A stretch of DNA of 63,865 bases, the filler included. It is 12 parts of 12 records of this genome, joined end to end, with 100 filler letters (N's around TTAATTAATTAA, not from the genome) between each part and the next. Parts side by side here need not be neighbours in the genome. Positions count along the whole stretch, not along the records: positions 33,118 to 37,620 come from SRR7504441_2300; positions 37,721 to 45,363 come from SRR7504441_2302; positions 45,464 to 49,042 come from SRR7504441_2304; 9 more parts are not named here. One strand, 5' to 3'. Under the pieces are notes generated by a model. The model did not search any database. It was not told where the DNA came from and was given only the letters and a program-made list of their open reading frames with translations. Below are positions 34,091 through 45,626 of this stretch, one piece after another. Position 1 is the first letter of the stretch, and every line of letters starts with the position of its first letter. A program made the position numbers and the translations under genes.

Positions 34091-34639
34091 CTCCGGCCGC
34101 TCGCCGGCTCAGCCTGGGCTGCGCGCAGTATGCAGCGGCCGCCTTCCAAGTTGAAGGCGGCTTGAAGCCAAACGTCTTCCGTTGGCTGCGCACGCTCAAT
34201 CAGAAAGATGGCAGCTGCTGACGGACGACGGATACTGTAGTCGACTGGAACGCATATGGGTTGGTGTGAGATTTATGTGAGATTGAGCCATACTGATTCT
34301 ATATAACGCTATACAATAGCTAGATACGCAGTACAATAACAAGTTACAAGTTTCGCAAGTTTATACCATCTAACATTATATACCATCCAGCCTCTTGGCC
34401 AGTGGCGCCGCCGCCGCTTGGTCAAGGCAGCAGCTGCCAAGACAGCAGCGGCGGTGGCCAGGGCTGACGATCCGGAGCAATCCACTCGGAGGGGGTCGGA
34501 GCAGAGCGAGCTTGCTGGACCGAATGCGCTCGCAGTGACCGGTCTGCAGGCTGTCGCCCCGCGGCATGCAAGCCAGCCCCGCGGAGTCCGGCGAACCGGC
34601 CGGCTTGCACGGACAGCAGTGGAGCCACAGGGCGAAGGG

Positions 34640-35692
34640 CTATTCGTCGGGGCGAGCAGCGGCGAGCCACTCAGCGAGAGGCCTACGAGGCGCGCCACAC
34701 GGATACAGCCCAGGAAAGCTCACGGGGCAAGGCTCGCCCTCAATTGGCCTCCTGTTGGCTTTAGGGAGCTCCTCTGGATCTGGCTGACCTGTCACCGCCT
34801 CCCAGTGCCGAGCTTCGGCCACGGTAGGCGGCTTCTCTCCAGGATTAAACAGCTGCTCCAGCCCGGACGGCGAGAGCACGCCGGTGCAGACCGGACAGAG
34901 CGCGGTGCTGCAAGACTGCAGTGTGTGCGACAGGTGCTGGAGCATGCACCGCCTGTGGACTGCAGCTCCGCACGAGTCTGAGCAGAAGGCCACTTCGTCG
35001 GTCGGCTGGAGCGGCTCGCCGCAGCTGGCGCAGTGGCAGCTCAGCTGCAGCATCCTGACCGGCTTATCAGGCCTGTTCGAGCCCTCAGCGGCGCGCCACC
35101 AGCCCTGCCGGGCCCACGCAGCCACTATCTGATACATCAGTCCAGTGCCTAGCCCCATCCGGGCTAGACTCGCCAGTCCGGCCGCCACCGACGCCCTGAA
35201 CAGCCACGGGAACAACGGGTGCGCCTCCGCGGTCCATCGCTCCCCTCCTCGCCCCGGCGCGCACAGCCACTGCTTCCGGCGCCAGCGCGCGTGGATCTCG
35301 AGCCGCTTCCGGAGCTCTCGGCGCCGCCGGGAGACCGGCTTGCTGCCCCCTACCGCCCTCGAGTTTGCGTGGAGCAGCCCGGAGATCACGGCCGGCCGGA
35401 GTGAGGGGCTCCACGCGTCCGGGCAGCCCGGGTGGATCCCAAGGAGCTTGACTGTGCAGTAGAGCACGTGTACACAGCAATCGCCCCGCCGCGGCTTGTG
35501 CCCGCACGAGCAGCCGCCGTTGGCCCCGATGGTGACCTGGACCGGCTGGGGCTGGCTAGGATCGATCAGCGTGAACTCGGCCGCCTCGTGCAGCTTTGGC
35601 GGGGCCACCAGCCGGCTGAGCGAGAGCGGCGCGGACAGCATCGCCCGCAACGCCTCCTGGCGCCTCTGCCGGGCCGCCCCGCCGGCCCGCAT
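34640..35692 (-). CDS. SWIM zinc finger + RING-like protein (ZSWIM2/MEKK1-type architecture)
   Basis: CSC...CCVHVLY SWIM; CASC...FCSDSCGAAVHRRC...CPVC RING; 3' end uncertain. Confidence 0.72.
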   Translation of the reverse strand: MRAGGAARQRRQEALRAMLSAPLSLSRLVAPPKLHEAAEFTLIDPSQPQPVQVTIGANGGCSCGHKPRRGDCCVHVLYCTVKLLGIHPGCPDAWSPSLRPAVISGLLHANSRAVGGSKPVSRRRRELRKRLEIHARWRRKQWLCAPGRGGERWTAEAHPLFPWLFRASVAAGLASLARMGLGTGLMYQIVAAWARQGWWRAAEGSNRPDKPVRMLQLSCHCASCGEPLQPTDEVAFCSDSCGAAVHRRCMLQHLSHTLQSCSTALCPVCTGVLSPSGLEQLFNPGEKPPTVAEARHWEAVTGQPDPEELPKANRRPIEGEPCPVSFPGLYPCGAPRRPLAEWLAAARPDE

Positions 35693-35836
35693 CCCGCACC
35701 TCGGCCACCGCCGACTTGCTGCTGCAGGGGAGCCTGGCGGTCCGTGTCTCCAAAAACAAAAAAAGCTGAGCGCGATTTGGTCTCCGCGCTGTGCTGTGGG
35801 GTCGCGGCAGCACACTGCCTGGTTCGAGGCACACAC

Positions 35837-37568
35837 ATGCCAGACCTGAGCGTGAGTGTGAACGGACGGGCGGCGCCGGACGCAGCAGGGCTGCTGGGCG
35901 GCTGCCAGACGGTGGGCGAGGCGCGTCAGCTGCTGGCCCGGAGCCTGATGCTCGACTCGCCCCGGTTGATCCACAGGAAGCGCGTGCTCAAGCCCGATGA
36001 GCCGGTGCCGCTCGAGGGCAAGCTATTCGTGGTCGGGGCGGCAGAGGAGGACCGAGCCGCCCAGGCCGAGGAGGCCGCCGCTCTCGAGCTGCGCCGGGTC
36101 GAGCTGGCCGAGAAACGCAAGCGGGTCCGGAAGGGCTCAGCCAGCCGGGGGGCTGGATCCGTGCAGTCGCCGTACCGTTTCCTCTCGTTCGAGGTTCTCC
36201 CTGGCTTTGCTGACGAGGACGCGGCTCGGTCATTTCTGAAGCGGCTGGCGAACGATCGGGGGATCGCTGGGGTGATGAAAAAGCACCAATGGACGGTTCC
36301 GGTGCTCAAGGAAATGTATCCGGACGGGCGGGTGGGTGAGGACCCGGTGTGCATCATGGGCCTCAACAAGAACCGCGGGCAGGAGGTGGGGCCTGCTGCC
36401 GGATCCATCCTGAGTGTGCCCGGTGCAGATTTCGCTTCGTCTACGCACCGACGACCTCAAAGGCTTCCAACGGTACGATGATGTGAAGAAGGTGCTCTAC
36501 CACGAGCTGACGCACAACGTGCACGACGAGCACGGCCACGTGTTCAACGCGTTCATGTCTCAGCTGATTAAGGACGGGAACGCGCTCGATTGGACACTGC
36601 ATGGTGGCAGGTCAACGGGTGAGGATGAGGCGTGGAGCGACATGATTGGGCTCGGCCGGTTCCACAAGGAGGAGGACGAACACGAGCCGGCCTTCGAAGG
36701 CGGGGTGCGCAAGCTCGGCGCAGCGCCGAATGCGGACCATTTCTTCGACATGCCTGCACAAAACCCCGAAGGAGCGCCAGCAGAGGAGCAGCCCCTGCCG
36801 GAGTTACCGACGCAGCTCCCGCCAGAGCCTGACCGGGCTGCCAGTGCTCCCGGGCCGTGCACATGTGTCCATGCGCCGAGCCCGCCCTCCCCTGCCGCAC
36901 CCCGGCACTCGGCACCGGAGCCAGAGCCGCTCTCTATGCTAGCTGATATGGGTTTCTCTGCAGACGAGCTGGAGGTGGCCGCAGCTGCGGGGTGCCGAGG
37001 GTTCGAACCGACGCTCCAGTGGCTGCTGGAGCGGCCGGAGCCGCCGGGTGAGCAGGCCGCTCCAGTCTTGGCGCCCCAGAGCAGTCCTTCAGACGGCCAG
37101 CTGAACCGATCTGAGATGCTTGCACTGCTGGGTGAATGTGAGGGGGTGGCGGTGGAGGACCCCCAAGTGGCGGCCCTGCTCGACCAGTGTGCGCCCGACT
37201 CCGCAAGGCCAGCCAGCGGTGTTGGCTCCGCGGCTCAGGAACGACAAGACCGACTCGATGCGGCGATTGCCAGGATGGTCAGGGCTGCCGCTGCCGACTC
37301 GCAAGGCTTGCACACGGCGCTGAGGACTGTGCTCACCTATGCAGAGAACGCGAGCAAGGGGCCCAAGTTTCGGTCGATTCAGATGTCCAACAAGCATCTC
37401 AAGGGCAAAGTGCTCCGAATCGATGGTGCCAGGCAGCTGCTTGAGGAGATTGGATTCCGGGAGGAGCCGAGCTCGATCGGCGGGCGGCAGCTGACCCTCG
37501 GACACACGGACCCGGGGCTGCTCTGGCTAGTCAAGAGCACCATAGAAAACGCCTTATCTAGCTCCTAA
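35837..37568 (+). CDS. Wss1-like metalloprotease: Ubl-WLM-UBA-PUB
   Basis: GLNKNRGQE|ISLRLRTDD, HELTHNVH zincin motif, LADMGFS UBA-like, KFRSIQMSN..LLEEIGF PUB. Confidence 0.9.
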
Positions 37569-37964
37569 GCGCAGACGCGAGCGGAAAGCGGAGGTGCACA
37601 GACAAGAACTCGGCCACAACNNNNNNNNNNNNNNNNNNNNNNNNNNNNNNNNNNNNNNNNNNNNTTAATTAATTAANNNNNNNNNNNNNNNNNNNNNNNN
37701 NNNNNNNNNNNNNNNNNNNNCTTCGTCGGGGTAAGCGCCAAGAGGCCTTGCGGGAAAAGAAGCAAGCTAACTAGTCGGTTGTCCCGTATCGAAATGGCCG
37801 AAAGCGAGGTCGAGGAGTGCTAACAACTGTGCGTACCTGTAGACTACTTGCCCGATCACTCTTGAAATGGCGAACCCACCTGCACTCCTGCAGCAGCTTT
37901 GCATCTCGACGGAGTTTAGTATCATCACTCTTATCATTTTAATATCATTGGGAAAGGACGTGAT

Positions 37965-39152
37965 CTACACATCAACTACATGTAGATCCTCGACAAACCG
38001 CTCGACGCAATCAAACCAAGCCTCATAATGCGCAACAAAAATATCATTATGCCCCGCGCCCGGCAGCCGGCAGATCGCCTTACTTTGATGCCCGCACGCA
38101 TCGTACAGCCGTTGGCCATTCTCCACCGGCACCACGCGGTCGGCTTCCCCGTGTACCACCAGCACCGGCATCTCTATCTCCCCAAGCTTGGCGTCGCTCC
38201 AGCACAGCTCCACATCCCCTACCCCGAGCCACTGGGAGTCCACTCCCAGCCCACGCCAGCCCGGCAGCGGCAGCCTGGCCAGCCCGCTTTCTATGACCAG
38301 CCCGCAGAACCGTTCCGGCCAGAGCCAGCCGCAGTGCACAGCGCAGCAGCTGCCAAGCGAGCGGCCGTAAAGCATCAACGAGCCAGGAAGCGAGATCTGC
38401 TCCACGGCCCGCTCCGCCCGCTCAAGCATCTGTGACACGACCGGCGAGCCATCCGACCAGCCGTAGCCTGGATAGTCAATCACCAGCAGCGAGAGCCCGA
38501 GCTTGGCGAACAGCATCGCCGGGATTTGATGGTCTCCGCAGGTCTCACCATTCCCGTGGAACAGCACCACCGTGCACCCGGCCCCAGCCACCCGCCACAG
38601 CCGGAACCCGAGCCCTGCCAGTCGTCCGTCGCTCACAGTCACGCTGCGGCCGGCCGCCTGGAGGGACTCGGGCTGCTGGTTCATTAAGCCTGGCCTCGGG
38701 TAGAACATTAGCTTCAGGTGGTCCGGCCTGTCGACAAACAGCACCGTCCGCTCCACCGCCCGCTCCAGCCCAGCCAGCTCGGCATCGCCCTTCCCGATCT
38801 GCCGCCTGGCCGCGGCCAGCGCCGCGCGAGACGCTCCGAACCGACCGAGAGCGAGGTGCACGCGGGCCGCGCAGAGCAGCAGCGGTAGGTACATCGGGGA
38901 CCGGTCCAGCTCTGGCTTCAGCACCCGCCAGGCGGCCACCGGCTGGCGCGCGGCCAGCAGCGACCGGAGGCGCGGCTCCGGGCTGGGCCCTACGAACTGG
39001 GCGTGTGCAGGGGCGCGCTGGCCGTCTGAGCTGAAGTATTGGTCCACATCCTGGAGGGTCCAGTGGTCCAGTCGGGCTGGGACCGGGAGGCACCGGCAGC
39101 CCATCGCCTCGAGCTCCTCGTTCAGCTCCCGAAAGTGCGCGCCGGGCTGCAT
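37965..39152 (-). CDS. Alpha/beta hydrolase (ABHD13/17-like)
   Basis: FHGNGE, DYPGYG, GRSLG, HGEAD, GHND catalytic triad. Confidence 0.9.
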   Translation of the reverse strand: MQPGAHFRELNEELEAMGCRCLPVPARLDHWTLQDVDQYFSSDGQRAPAHAQFVGPSPEPRLRSLLAARQPVAAWRVLKPELDRSPMYLPLLLCAARVHLALGRFGASRAALAAARRQIGKGDAELAGLERAVERTVLFVDRPDHLKLMFYPRPGLMNQQPESLQAAGRSVTVSDGRLAGLGFRLWRVAGAGCTVVLFHGNGETCGDHQIPAMLFAKLGLSLLVIDYPGYGWSDGSPVVSQMLERAERAVEQISLPGSLMLYGRSLGSCCAVHCGWLWPERFCGLVIESGLARLPLPGWRGLGVDSQWLGVGDVELCWSDAKLGEIEMPVLVVHGEADRVVPVENGQRLYDACGHQSKAICRLPGAGHNDIFVAHYEAWFDCVERFVEDLHVVDV

Positions 39153-39254
39153 CTCCCGGCTCCAGCCAAAAGTCCGTTATCGGATCGACCCGGAGCACGC
39201 TCGACCCGGCTGAGTGACCCGGCGGTACGCACCAACTACCCGCACTCAGTAGGC

Positions 39255-40826
39255 ATGCTCAAAGCTCACCAGGAGGCTTGGGGCGCGGCGGACCCGCTTC
39301 GGGAGAAGTTCACCAAAGAGGAGAAGGCAGCGTGGAGCAAGGAGGACAAGCGGATGTTCAAGACATACTCTGACCTGCACGGGCTCAACAAGGCCACTTA
39401 CACCATGCGCAAGCTGTTCGCCAAGCGGGCCGCCATCGAGGCCGGCGAGCCCGAGCCCGAGGCCAAGAAGCCGCCGCCCAAGAAGAAGAAGCTCGAGATG
39501 GTTCTGATCAACTCGGCGGCCGAACCGGCGGACGGGGCGCCCGGTCAGCTGCTCATCGGGGGCACGCTCGACTTCGACACGTGCACCTCGAACAAGGCCG
39601 GCAGCGCCGATGCGGCCCGCAACCTGTGGAGCTACCACAGGACTCTTTGCGCCGTGCAGATCCGATTGGTGGCGGCCGGTCCGACCAGCTGCCACACGAT
39701 TGCCATCAGCGCCGAGGGCCAGGCGTTTGGGTGGGGGCGCAACAAGCACGGCCAGCTAGGACTGGGCGATACCGAGATGCGGACGTCGCCGTCTCCGCTC
39801 GATGGGTTTGGCGGCCAAAAGATGGCAGCTGCTGCCTGCGGTCGGAAGCACACGCTGTGGGCCTCAGAGGCAGGCAAGCTGTACGCCGCCGGGTGCAACA
39901 CCGACTCGCAGCTGGGTGTGGCCAACGACCCTGCTCTCGCCGAGATGACGGTCGGCGGCAAGAAAGAGCAGTGCGCTCTGACACCGTGCGTTGTCAAAGG
40001 TTGGGGGGCGCCCGTGACTCGCGTCAGCTGCGGCGGAGAGTTCAGTGCTGCCGTGAACGCGCAGGGCGCGCTGGCCGTGTGGGGCCGGCCAGAGTACGGC
40101 CAGCTAGGGAATGGGACTACTGGTGAATTCATCGCAGCTGCCGGTCAGATCGGGTTTGCCTGTGTTGAAACGCCTGAGATTCGGCAGCTCCAGAGCCCAA
40201 CTGGCTGCACCGAAGTGGCCGACGTTGCGTGTGGCAGCAACCACACCCTGGCGCTCATGCGGGACGGCAGCGTGTTTAGCTGGGGGTTTGGTGGCTACGG
40301 ACGGCTCGGACATCACGACGCGGCTGATCAGCTTTCCCCGAAGCTTGTAGCGGATCTTGGCCCCGCGGCTCTCCGGAGCGGGATGGCTGTTAAGATGATC
40401 TCAGCCGGGGCCTCGTGCTCCTTCGCCTGCAGCCAGACCGGCGTCACGTTCTTCTGGGGCACAAACAAGCCGTCCGCAGAGGCCACGCTCTCACCTAAGA
40501 CAGTCGAGGACTTGACAGGATGGAACGTCCGGAGCATCGGGTGCGGCAACTCGAGCACAATCGTGGCCGCCGACAACTCGGTGATTGCGTGGGGCCCGTC
40601 GCCCACGTTTGGCGAGCTCGGGTACGGCGATCCGTTGGAGCAGCCCAAATCGAGCACCAAGCCCAAGCTGGTGGACAGCATGGAGGGCATCAAGGTGCAC
40701 TCGCTCACTGTCGGGTATGGGCACTGTGCGCTGGTTGCCGAGGCCAGTGCCAAGACGAGCGAGTTGCCCGAGTGGACAGAGGCAGGGAATATCACCGGAA
40801 ACAAGAGGGGCCGAGAAGACCAGTGA
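39255..40826 (+). CDS. RCC2: RCC1-repeat protein, RCC2/TD-60-like
   Basis: GQLLIGG, WGRNKHGQLG, GRPEYGQLG, WGFGGYGRLGH, WGPSPTFGELGYGD..KSST. Confidence 0.85.
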   Translation: MLKAHQEAWGAADPLREKFTKEEKAAWSKEDKRMFKTYSDLHGLNKATYTMRKLFAKRAAIEAGEPEPEAKKPPPKKKKLEMVLINSAAEPADGAPGQLLIGGTLDFDTCTSNKAGSADAARNLWSYHRTLCAVQIRLVAAGPTSCHTIAISAEGQAFGWGRNKHGQLGLGDTEMRTSPSPLDGFGGQKMAAAACGRKHTLWASEAGKLYAAGCNTDSQLGVANDPALAEMTVGGKKEQCALTPCVVKGWGAPVTRVSCGGEFSAAVNAQGALAVWGRPEYGQLGNGTTGEFIAAAGQIGFACVETPEIRQLQSPTGCTEVADVACGSNHTLALMRDGSVFSWGFGGYGRLGHHDAADQLSPKLVADLGPAALRSGMAVKMISAGASCSFACSQTGVTFFWGTNKPSAEATLSPKTVEDLTGWNVRSIGCGNSSTIVAADNSVIAWGPSPTFGELGYGDPLEQPKSSTKPKLVDSMEGIKVHSLTVGYGHCALVAEASAKTSELPEWTEAGNITGNKRGREDQ

Positions 40827-41204
40827 GCAGTCTCTCCATCAGACTCCATGGTCTCTACGTACTCACAAGCTTTTATACTCGTACCATACAAATTCGTTCG
40901 TGTTGCATTGTAGTTATTGCGCCGCCGCCGCACCGACTCGATATAGAAACTAATTATATAACAGGCAGTGCGAGTAAGCACGTAATGAAGTAATCACTTA
41001 CTATGCATTTAGAATCTTAATTAGTCGGATTTATTTTAAGGTATGTCCACGTGTCGTGTGTAGTTCTAGTGTAGAGTTCGCCATGGCCATGTGCAACAAC
41101 CAAACGATCTGCTACCAATTTGCTATGATTGTCCAATCGGTCACGGCCAAAATCGCCATCCACAAGCTCCTTGAGAGCCTACGCACTCTGTTGACTGTAC
41201 TTAC

Positions 41205-42507
41205 TTACTGGTTATATATCGGCTCTGGCATAGCCTCGTCATCGTCCTCGTCCTCCTCGTCCTCCTCGTACTCCTCCTCATACTCATACTCCTCATCCTC
41301 TTCGTCGTCTTGCAACAGACTCGGGATCGGCAACAAAGTGCCCGACACCAGCTGCGGCGGCCCACCCTCGTCCTCGCTCTCCTCCAGGTCGCTCTCCTCG
41401 TCCATCTCGTCGGGAACATGCGCCGCCATAGCTCTGGCCAGCATGCTAGAGTGAAAGCTCTCAGCAGGGCTCTCCATGTTCGTAAACTCGGCCGGATGCG
41501 ACGAGTTCCGCGGGGATAGCAGCATCTCCTCCACTGAGCCCGGCGAGTTGGCCGGGAGCTGCGGGGCCCCGAACATGACAAATCTGTCAGGACCTGCCCC
41601 AACTGACCCAGCTGCGCCCGGCCATGCCCCACCTGGGTTGGTCGGATGCCTCAGCAGCGCCAGCATAGTCGGCCGCTGCACTTCTATTGTAGTGCCATTC
41701 TTCTGTATCCCACGGCCTCAGTGCCGGGCGCCTCGCACACGGCGCACCAGTCTGAGCACTGCGTGTGAGAAACTCCCGAGCTGGACTCCTCCCAGCTTTG
41801 TGGCAATCGCCTTATGGATCTGCGCCGGCCTCAGCCAGGCCGGAGCTCGGACCACCTTCTTGCTCGTCTTGTCCATGGCGTCCACGTTCCGTTGACTCTC
41901 CTGCCCGCCTCGCTTGCAGCTGCGGCCGGCCGGCTGGGCACCTGAGCCTGCTGCGCCCCCATGGCCCGTGCTGCCTCCCAGATCCGCTCAGAATCCCCGT
42001 CCGCCTCGAATTGCAGCGAAAGGCTCTCCCGGTCCTCGCCCTCCTCGTCCGAGTGCTGCCCCGCCTGAGCCCGGGCCGCAGGCCGAGCCACCTCCTCGGC
42101 GAACATCTCGGCATTCTCGTCCAGCGTTGCCAGGCTGGACACCTTGGGCTGCCCCGCCGCTCGCCCCGGGCCACCCCGATGCGGGCACCCCACGGACGTT
42201 CCCCCGGGCCTCGCGGGCGGTCTGGTCGCCCACTTCCAGTTCGCCCAGCCCCTCGTTCTCTATACTCCTCACGATCGCGGCCAGATCCTCGAGCGAGCTG
42301 GAGTCCTCCGGGCCCTGCTCCACCGCCTTGGCCGGGCTGCTGCCGTGCTTTTTGGCGAGCTTGCGCTGGCGCTTCTCCTTGGCCTGGGGCCGGGGTGGGC
42401 AGCGGTCGGGCCCGGGGGACCTGGCGCATCATCTTCTTGTTCTCGGCGCTCTTGATGTCCAGGTCGTGCAGCTTGCTCTCAATGTCCATCTCCGCCTCCG
42501 CCTCCAT
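41205..42507 (-). CDS. Hypothetical multi-exon protein with acidic C-terminal tail
   Basis: Minus-strand ORF pieces joinable by short introns; D/E/Y-rich end. Confidence 0.55.
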
Positions 42508-42694
42508 CGCGCGCTCAGCAGAGATCCCCGAGCCCGAAATTCGGCTCGCCCCGCCGGGCCGGGTGTTGCCGATGTGGCGAATCCGTCCGTTGACTGACCG
42601 CTCAGAATATCCGGCCGGTGGACAGCCGCCGGGAGCCTCAACTCGCGCGCAGCAGTGTCTGACTCCGCGTGCAGCCCCCTGGGAGCGCGGGCGG

Positions 42695-43754
42695 ATGTCC
42701 TACTTCGGGTATTTCAGCGTGCCGCCCTCGATCAACGCTGGCTGCCCTTACACCGACCTGAAACGGGGAATCAGCCGCACCACTGGCCGCCGCCCGCCCG
42801 CACAGCGGTACCAGTCCCGGCCGGGCCGCACCTCGGGCTACCAAGTGGGCGACGGCGCCGGCCCCGGGAGCACTGCGTTCAAACACGGCTCCTTCCAGAC
42901 CGGTGCGGGCGCAGGCTTGCGGCGGCGGACAGGGCGCAGGCTTTCGGACCCCAATACGGATGGGCACGCTGGGCTCAAGGCCGTTCTCGGCGTCGTCGTG
43001 CTGCACCCGCGGGTGGGTAGCCGGCGTAAGGCGCCTTGAGCTGGGCTGCAGAAAGGACAAGGGTCTCGGGAAGCGGCCGCAGCTGTTCCTGTCAGGAGGT
43101 GAGCCTACATCCGAGGCCAAGCCCGACAGCCCCGCGCGGCCCAAGTATGAGCCACACATCCGTCTCGGGGACTATACTAGGACGAGCAGCCACGGGTATG
43201 ATGAGTATTCAGCCCAGGAGAGGGAATCGTTCAGTGGGCACTGCCACAGGAGGCCTCTCAAGAACGGGGTGTGGCCTGCTGCGGGGCCGCTGACGGCAGG
43301 CCAGGCTCCGTACAGGATAGGTGCGCCGACAGGCTATTTCTCTGGGCCGCCGCCGGAGGACTGGGCGAGCAACTTGCGTAAGCGCAGCCACAGTGTATGT
43401 GTGAGCTATGAGTTGCAGAGGCACACGCCGAAGCGGCCAAGATGGGCGTGAAAAAGCGACCACAGACATCGCACGCCAACTCCAAGGCCTGGCGGCATGC
43501 CGGTAGTGTGGATCAGTCTAATAGGATCAACTATGTTGACGGTGACCCATATGTCGATGCATGGAAAACAGAGCACTCATTTAAGTGTTCCAAGAAGGCG
43601 AGTGCGCCTAGAGTGAATAGAGCACCGCTGATTGTCGACCTAAGGGGCTGAGTATTCGACTCTGCAGGGTCTTGGCGAACAGCAATTCATCAACACTGGC
43701 AGCCGCGATGCCGCAAAGGGATTCAATGGACCACATGGCAAAAGGCACGGATAA
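42695..43754 (+). CDS. Hypothetical protein, possibly ciliary CFAP96/C4orf47-like
   Basis: GYFS..SINAGCPYTD start and GDPYVD repeat resemble that family (from memory); multiple short introns. Confidence 0.4.
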
Positions 43755-43975
43755 CTTTATAAATTAGTGTTCGACGTTCTGGTTACGCGGTTACGGGTCA
43801 CATTCGTCAGAATAACGGTCATGTTTAGAAGCCAGTTTAAACATTCAAGATGTGCGCGGCTGATTCGTCGTAATCTACCGCCATTAGACTGTGGTCAATT
43901 AGTGGTCAATTGTTGCGTACGTGCATACACCGGCAATCTTGCACCGATTGGCTACTCGTACTTGTGACTAGCAGT

Positions 43976-45019
43976 TCAACTACAATCAAAGGCATCCTTC
44001 AATGTCGTGTATACAAGGAACCTGATTGCGTTATTCGGCACAATTTTGACTGCATTGGGAACCACACCCCGGTAGAAGCCTTGCAGCCCCTCCTCCCGGC
44101 CAATTCTTCCGATGGCATCAAACAGCCCCTTGTACGTGTGGCCCTTCATCTGCATCCGCCGGCGTATCGTATCCAGCGGGTGGCACACCGATTGAGCTAT
44201 CAGCCCTGCGGCCGCCCCCAGAGCCAGCGTGCCCATCACCGGCGGCTTGCTCTCACTTTTGGGGTAGCATATACCCTTGAGTGTGTCAAAAGCAGTGAAG
44301 TTGACTGCAATGAACGGGCATAGAGAGACCACTGTCGGGAGCCACCCGCGGTAGAGATTGCTCGGGCCGCCCTCCTTGATTAGCTGCACGAAGGCGTCCG
44401 AGATCCCACGAACATCTTTGTCTGTAGCTACCCTCAGTCGAATCACATCCAAAGGGTGAGTGGCCGTGGTTGCGGTGAGCCCCGCCAGCCCACCACAGAG
44501 CAGCCGGCGTTGGAGCTGCTCCACCTTGCTCTCGGCCTTTTTGGACTCGTCTACGAGCTTATCCTTGTAGTAGTCGTAGCTAGCAAATTGCGTGGCTGCA
44601 TACGGAGCGACTCTCACCACATTAGCTAAGTTGCTCTTCCACAGCCCTCGCACCCCCTCCTCGGCCATAATGGTCCGCAACGACCCGAACAGCGAGTGAT
44701 ACTTGACCGCCTGCGCCCCGTCTGCCGCCGCCTGCACGTGCTGGGTCTGCATCAGGATCTTGACACGATCGACTGGAGCCACGCAGGTCCGGGCTGTGAT
44801 GCCGGCCAGCCCACCGGCGAGAAACTGCAGCAGCGCCTTCCGGTAGGCCACGGCTACCTGCTGGTCCACCTGGGTCTTGGTCAGGATGTCGAGCAGCACT
44901 TTATTCCGCTCGGACAGCTGGCGGAGCGCCTCCTCCAGATGCTCCCTCGAAACCTGATCCAGATCGGCGCCCGACCGCGGGGCCAGCAGCGGGTTGCTGC
45001 TTGGACCGCCCGTTGACAT
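43976..45019 (-). CDS. Mitochondrial-carrier family adenine nucleotide/PAPS/CoA-type carrier (TAAC/SLC25A42-like)
   Basis: APVDRVKILMQ, HPLDVIRLR, HPLDTIRRRMQMKG signatures. Confidence 0.92.
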   Translation of the reverse strand: MSTGGPSSNPLLAPRSGADLDQVSREHLEEALRQLSERNKVLLDILTKTQVDQQVAVAYRKALLQFLAGGLAGITARTCVAPVDRVKILMQTQHVQAAADGAQAVKYHSLFGSLRTIMAEEGVRGLWKSNLANVVRVAPYAATQFASYDYYKDKLVDESKKAESKVEQLQRRLLCGGLAGLTATTATHPLDVIRLRVATDKDVRGISDAFVQLIKEGGPSNLYRGWLPTVVSLCPFIAVNFTAFDTLKGICYPKSESKPPVMGTLALGAAAGLIAQSVCHPLDTIRRRMQMKGHTYKGLFDAIGRIGREEGLQGFYRGVVPNAVKIVPNNAIRFLVYTTLKDAFDCS

Positions 45020-45626
45020 CTCGAGCTGCCTGCTGGCCAGCTCCAGGTTGTGCTGGGCGTCCGCCAGCGCCTGATACGCCTGCGATGGTTGTGGTCAGTG
45101 TCGAGCCGGTGCGCGGGCGGGGCAGTCGAGCTAGCAGGCACCTTGACGACGCTCACATCCGGCTTGACTTGTGCGCCACGGATCGGCATTACTTACCCGG
45201 ACAGGCACGCCTGCTGAGCACCTGGGGCAGCAGCTACAACCGGAGCGTGCGTGGAGCGAGCCGACAAAAGGCCGGGTTAACCCTAGAACTACTATTAAAA
45301 AATAATAAATTAATTAAAAGTACACCTATAGGTCATAGATGTGTAACTCGGTAACTCGGTGTANNNNNNNNNNNNNNNNNNNNNNNNNNNNNNNNNNNNN
45401 NNNNNNNTTAATTAATTAANNNNNNNNNNNNNNNNNNNNNNNNNNNNNNNNNNNNNNNNNNNNCACGGCCAGGGGCACGTGATAACGTTAGAAATCCCAC
45501 GGAGCACGTGCCCGACGTGGACCCGAGACACGCGCTGGGGATGAGGATAGGTACTCACCATCTGTCTGCAGCCAGTCCCCAGCAAATGTTAACTTCCCAG
45601 CAGACAAATCAGGCAAGTCTCGAATG

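Noticed and set aside
35837-37568. Ubl-WLM-UBA-PUB architecture as a novelty
   Set aside because: Known arrangement for Wss1-like proteases in plants and protists
44528-44545. CTCGGCCTTTTTGG similarity to U2 snRNA 5' end
   Set aside because: Lies within the carrier CDS and lacks the rest of U2
45273-45286. GGGTTAACCCTAG telomere/telo-box-like palindrome
   Set aside because: Single short copy with no tandem array
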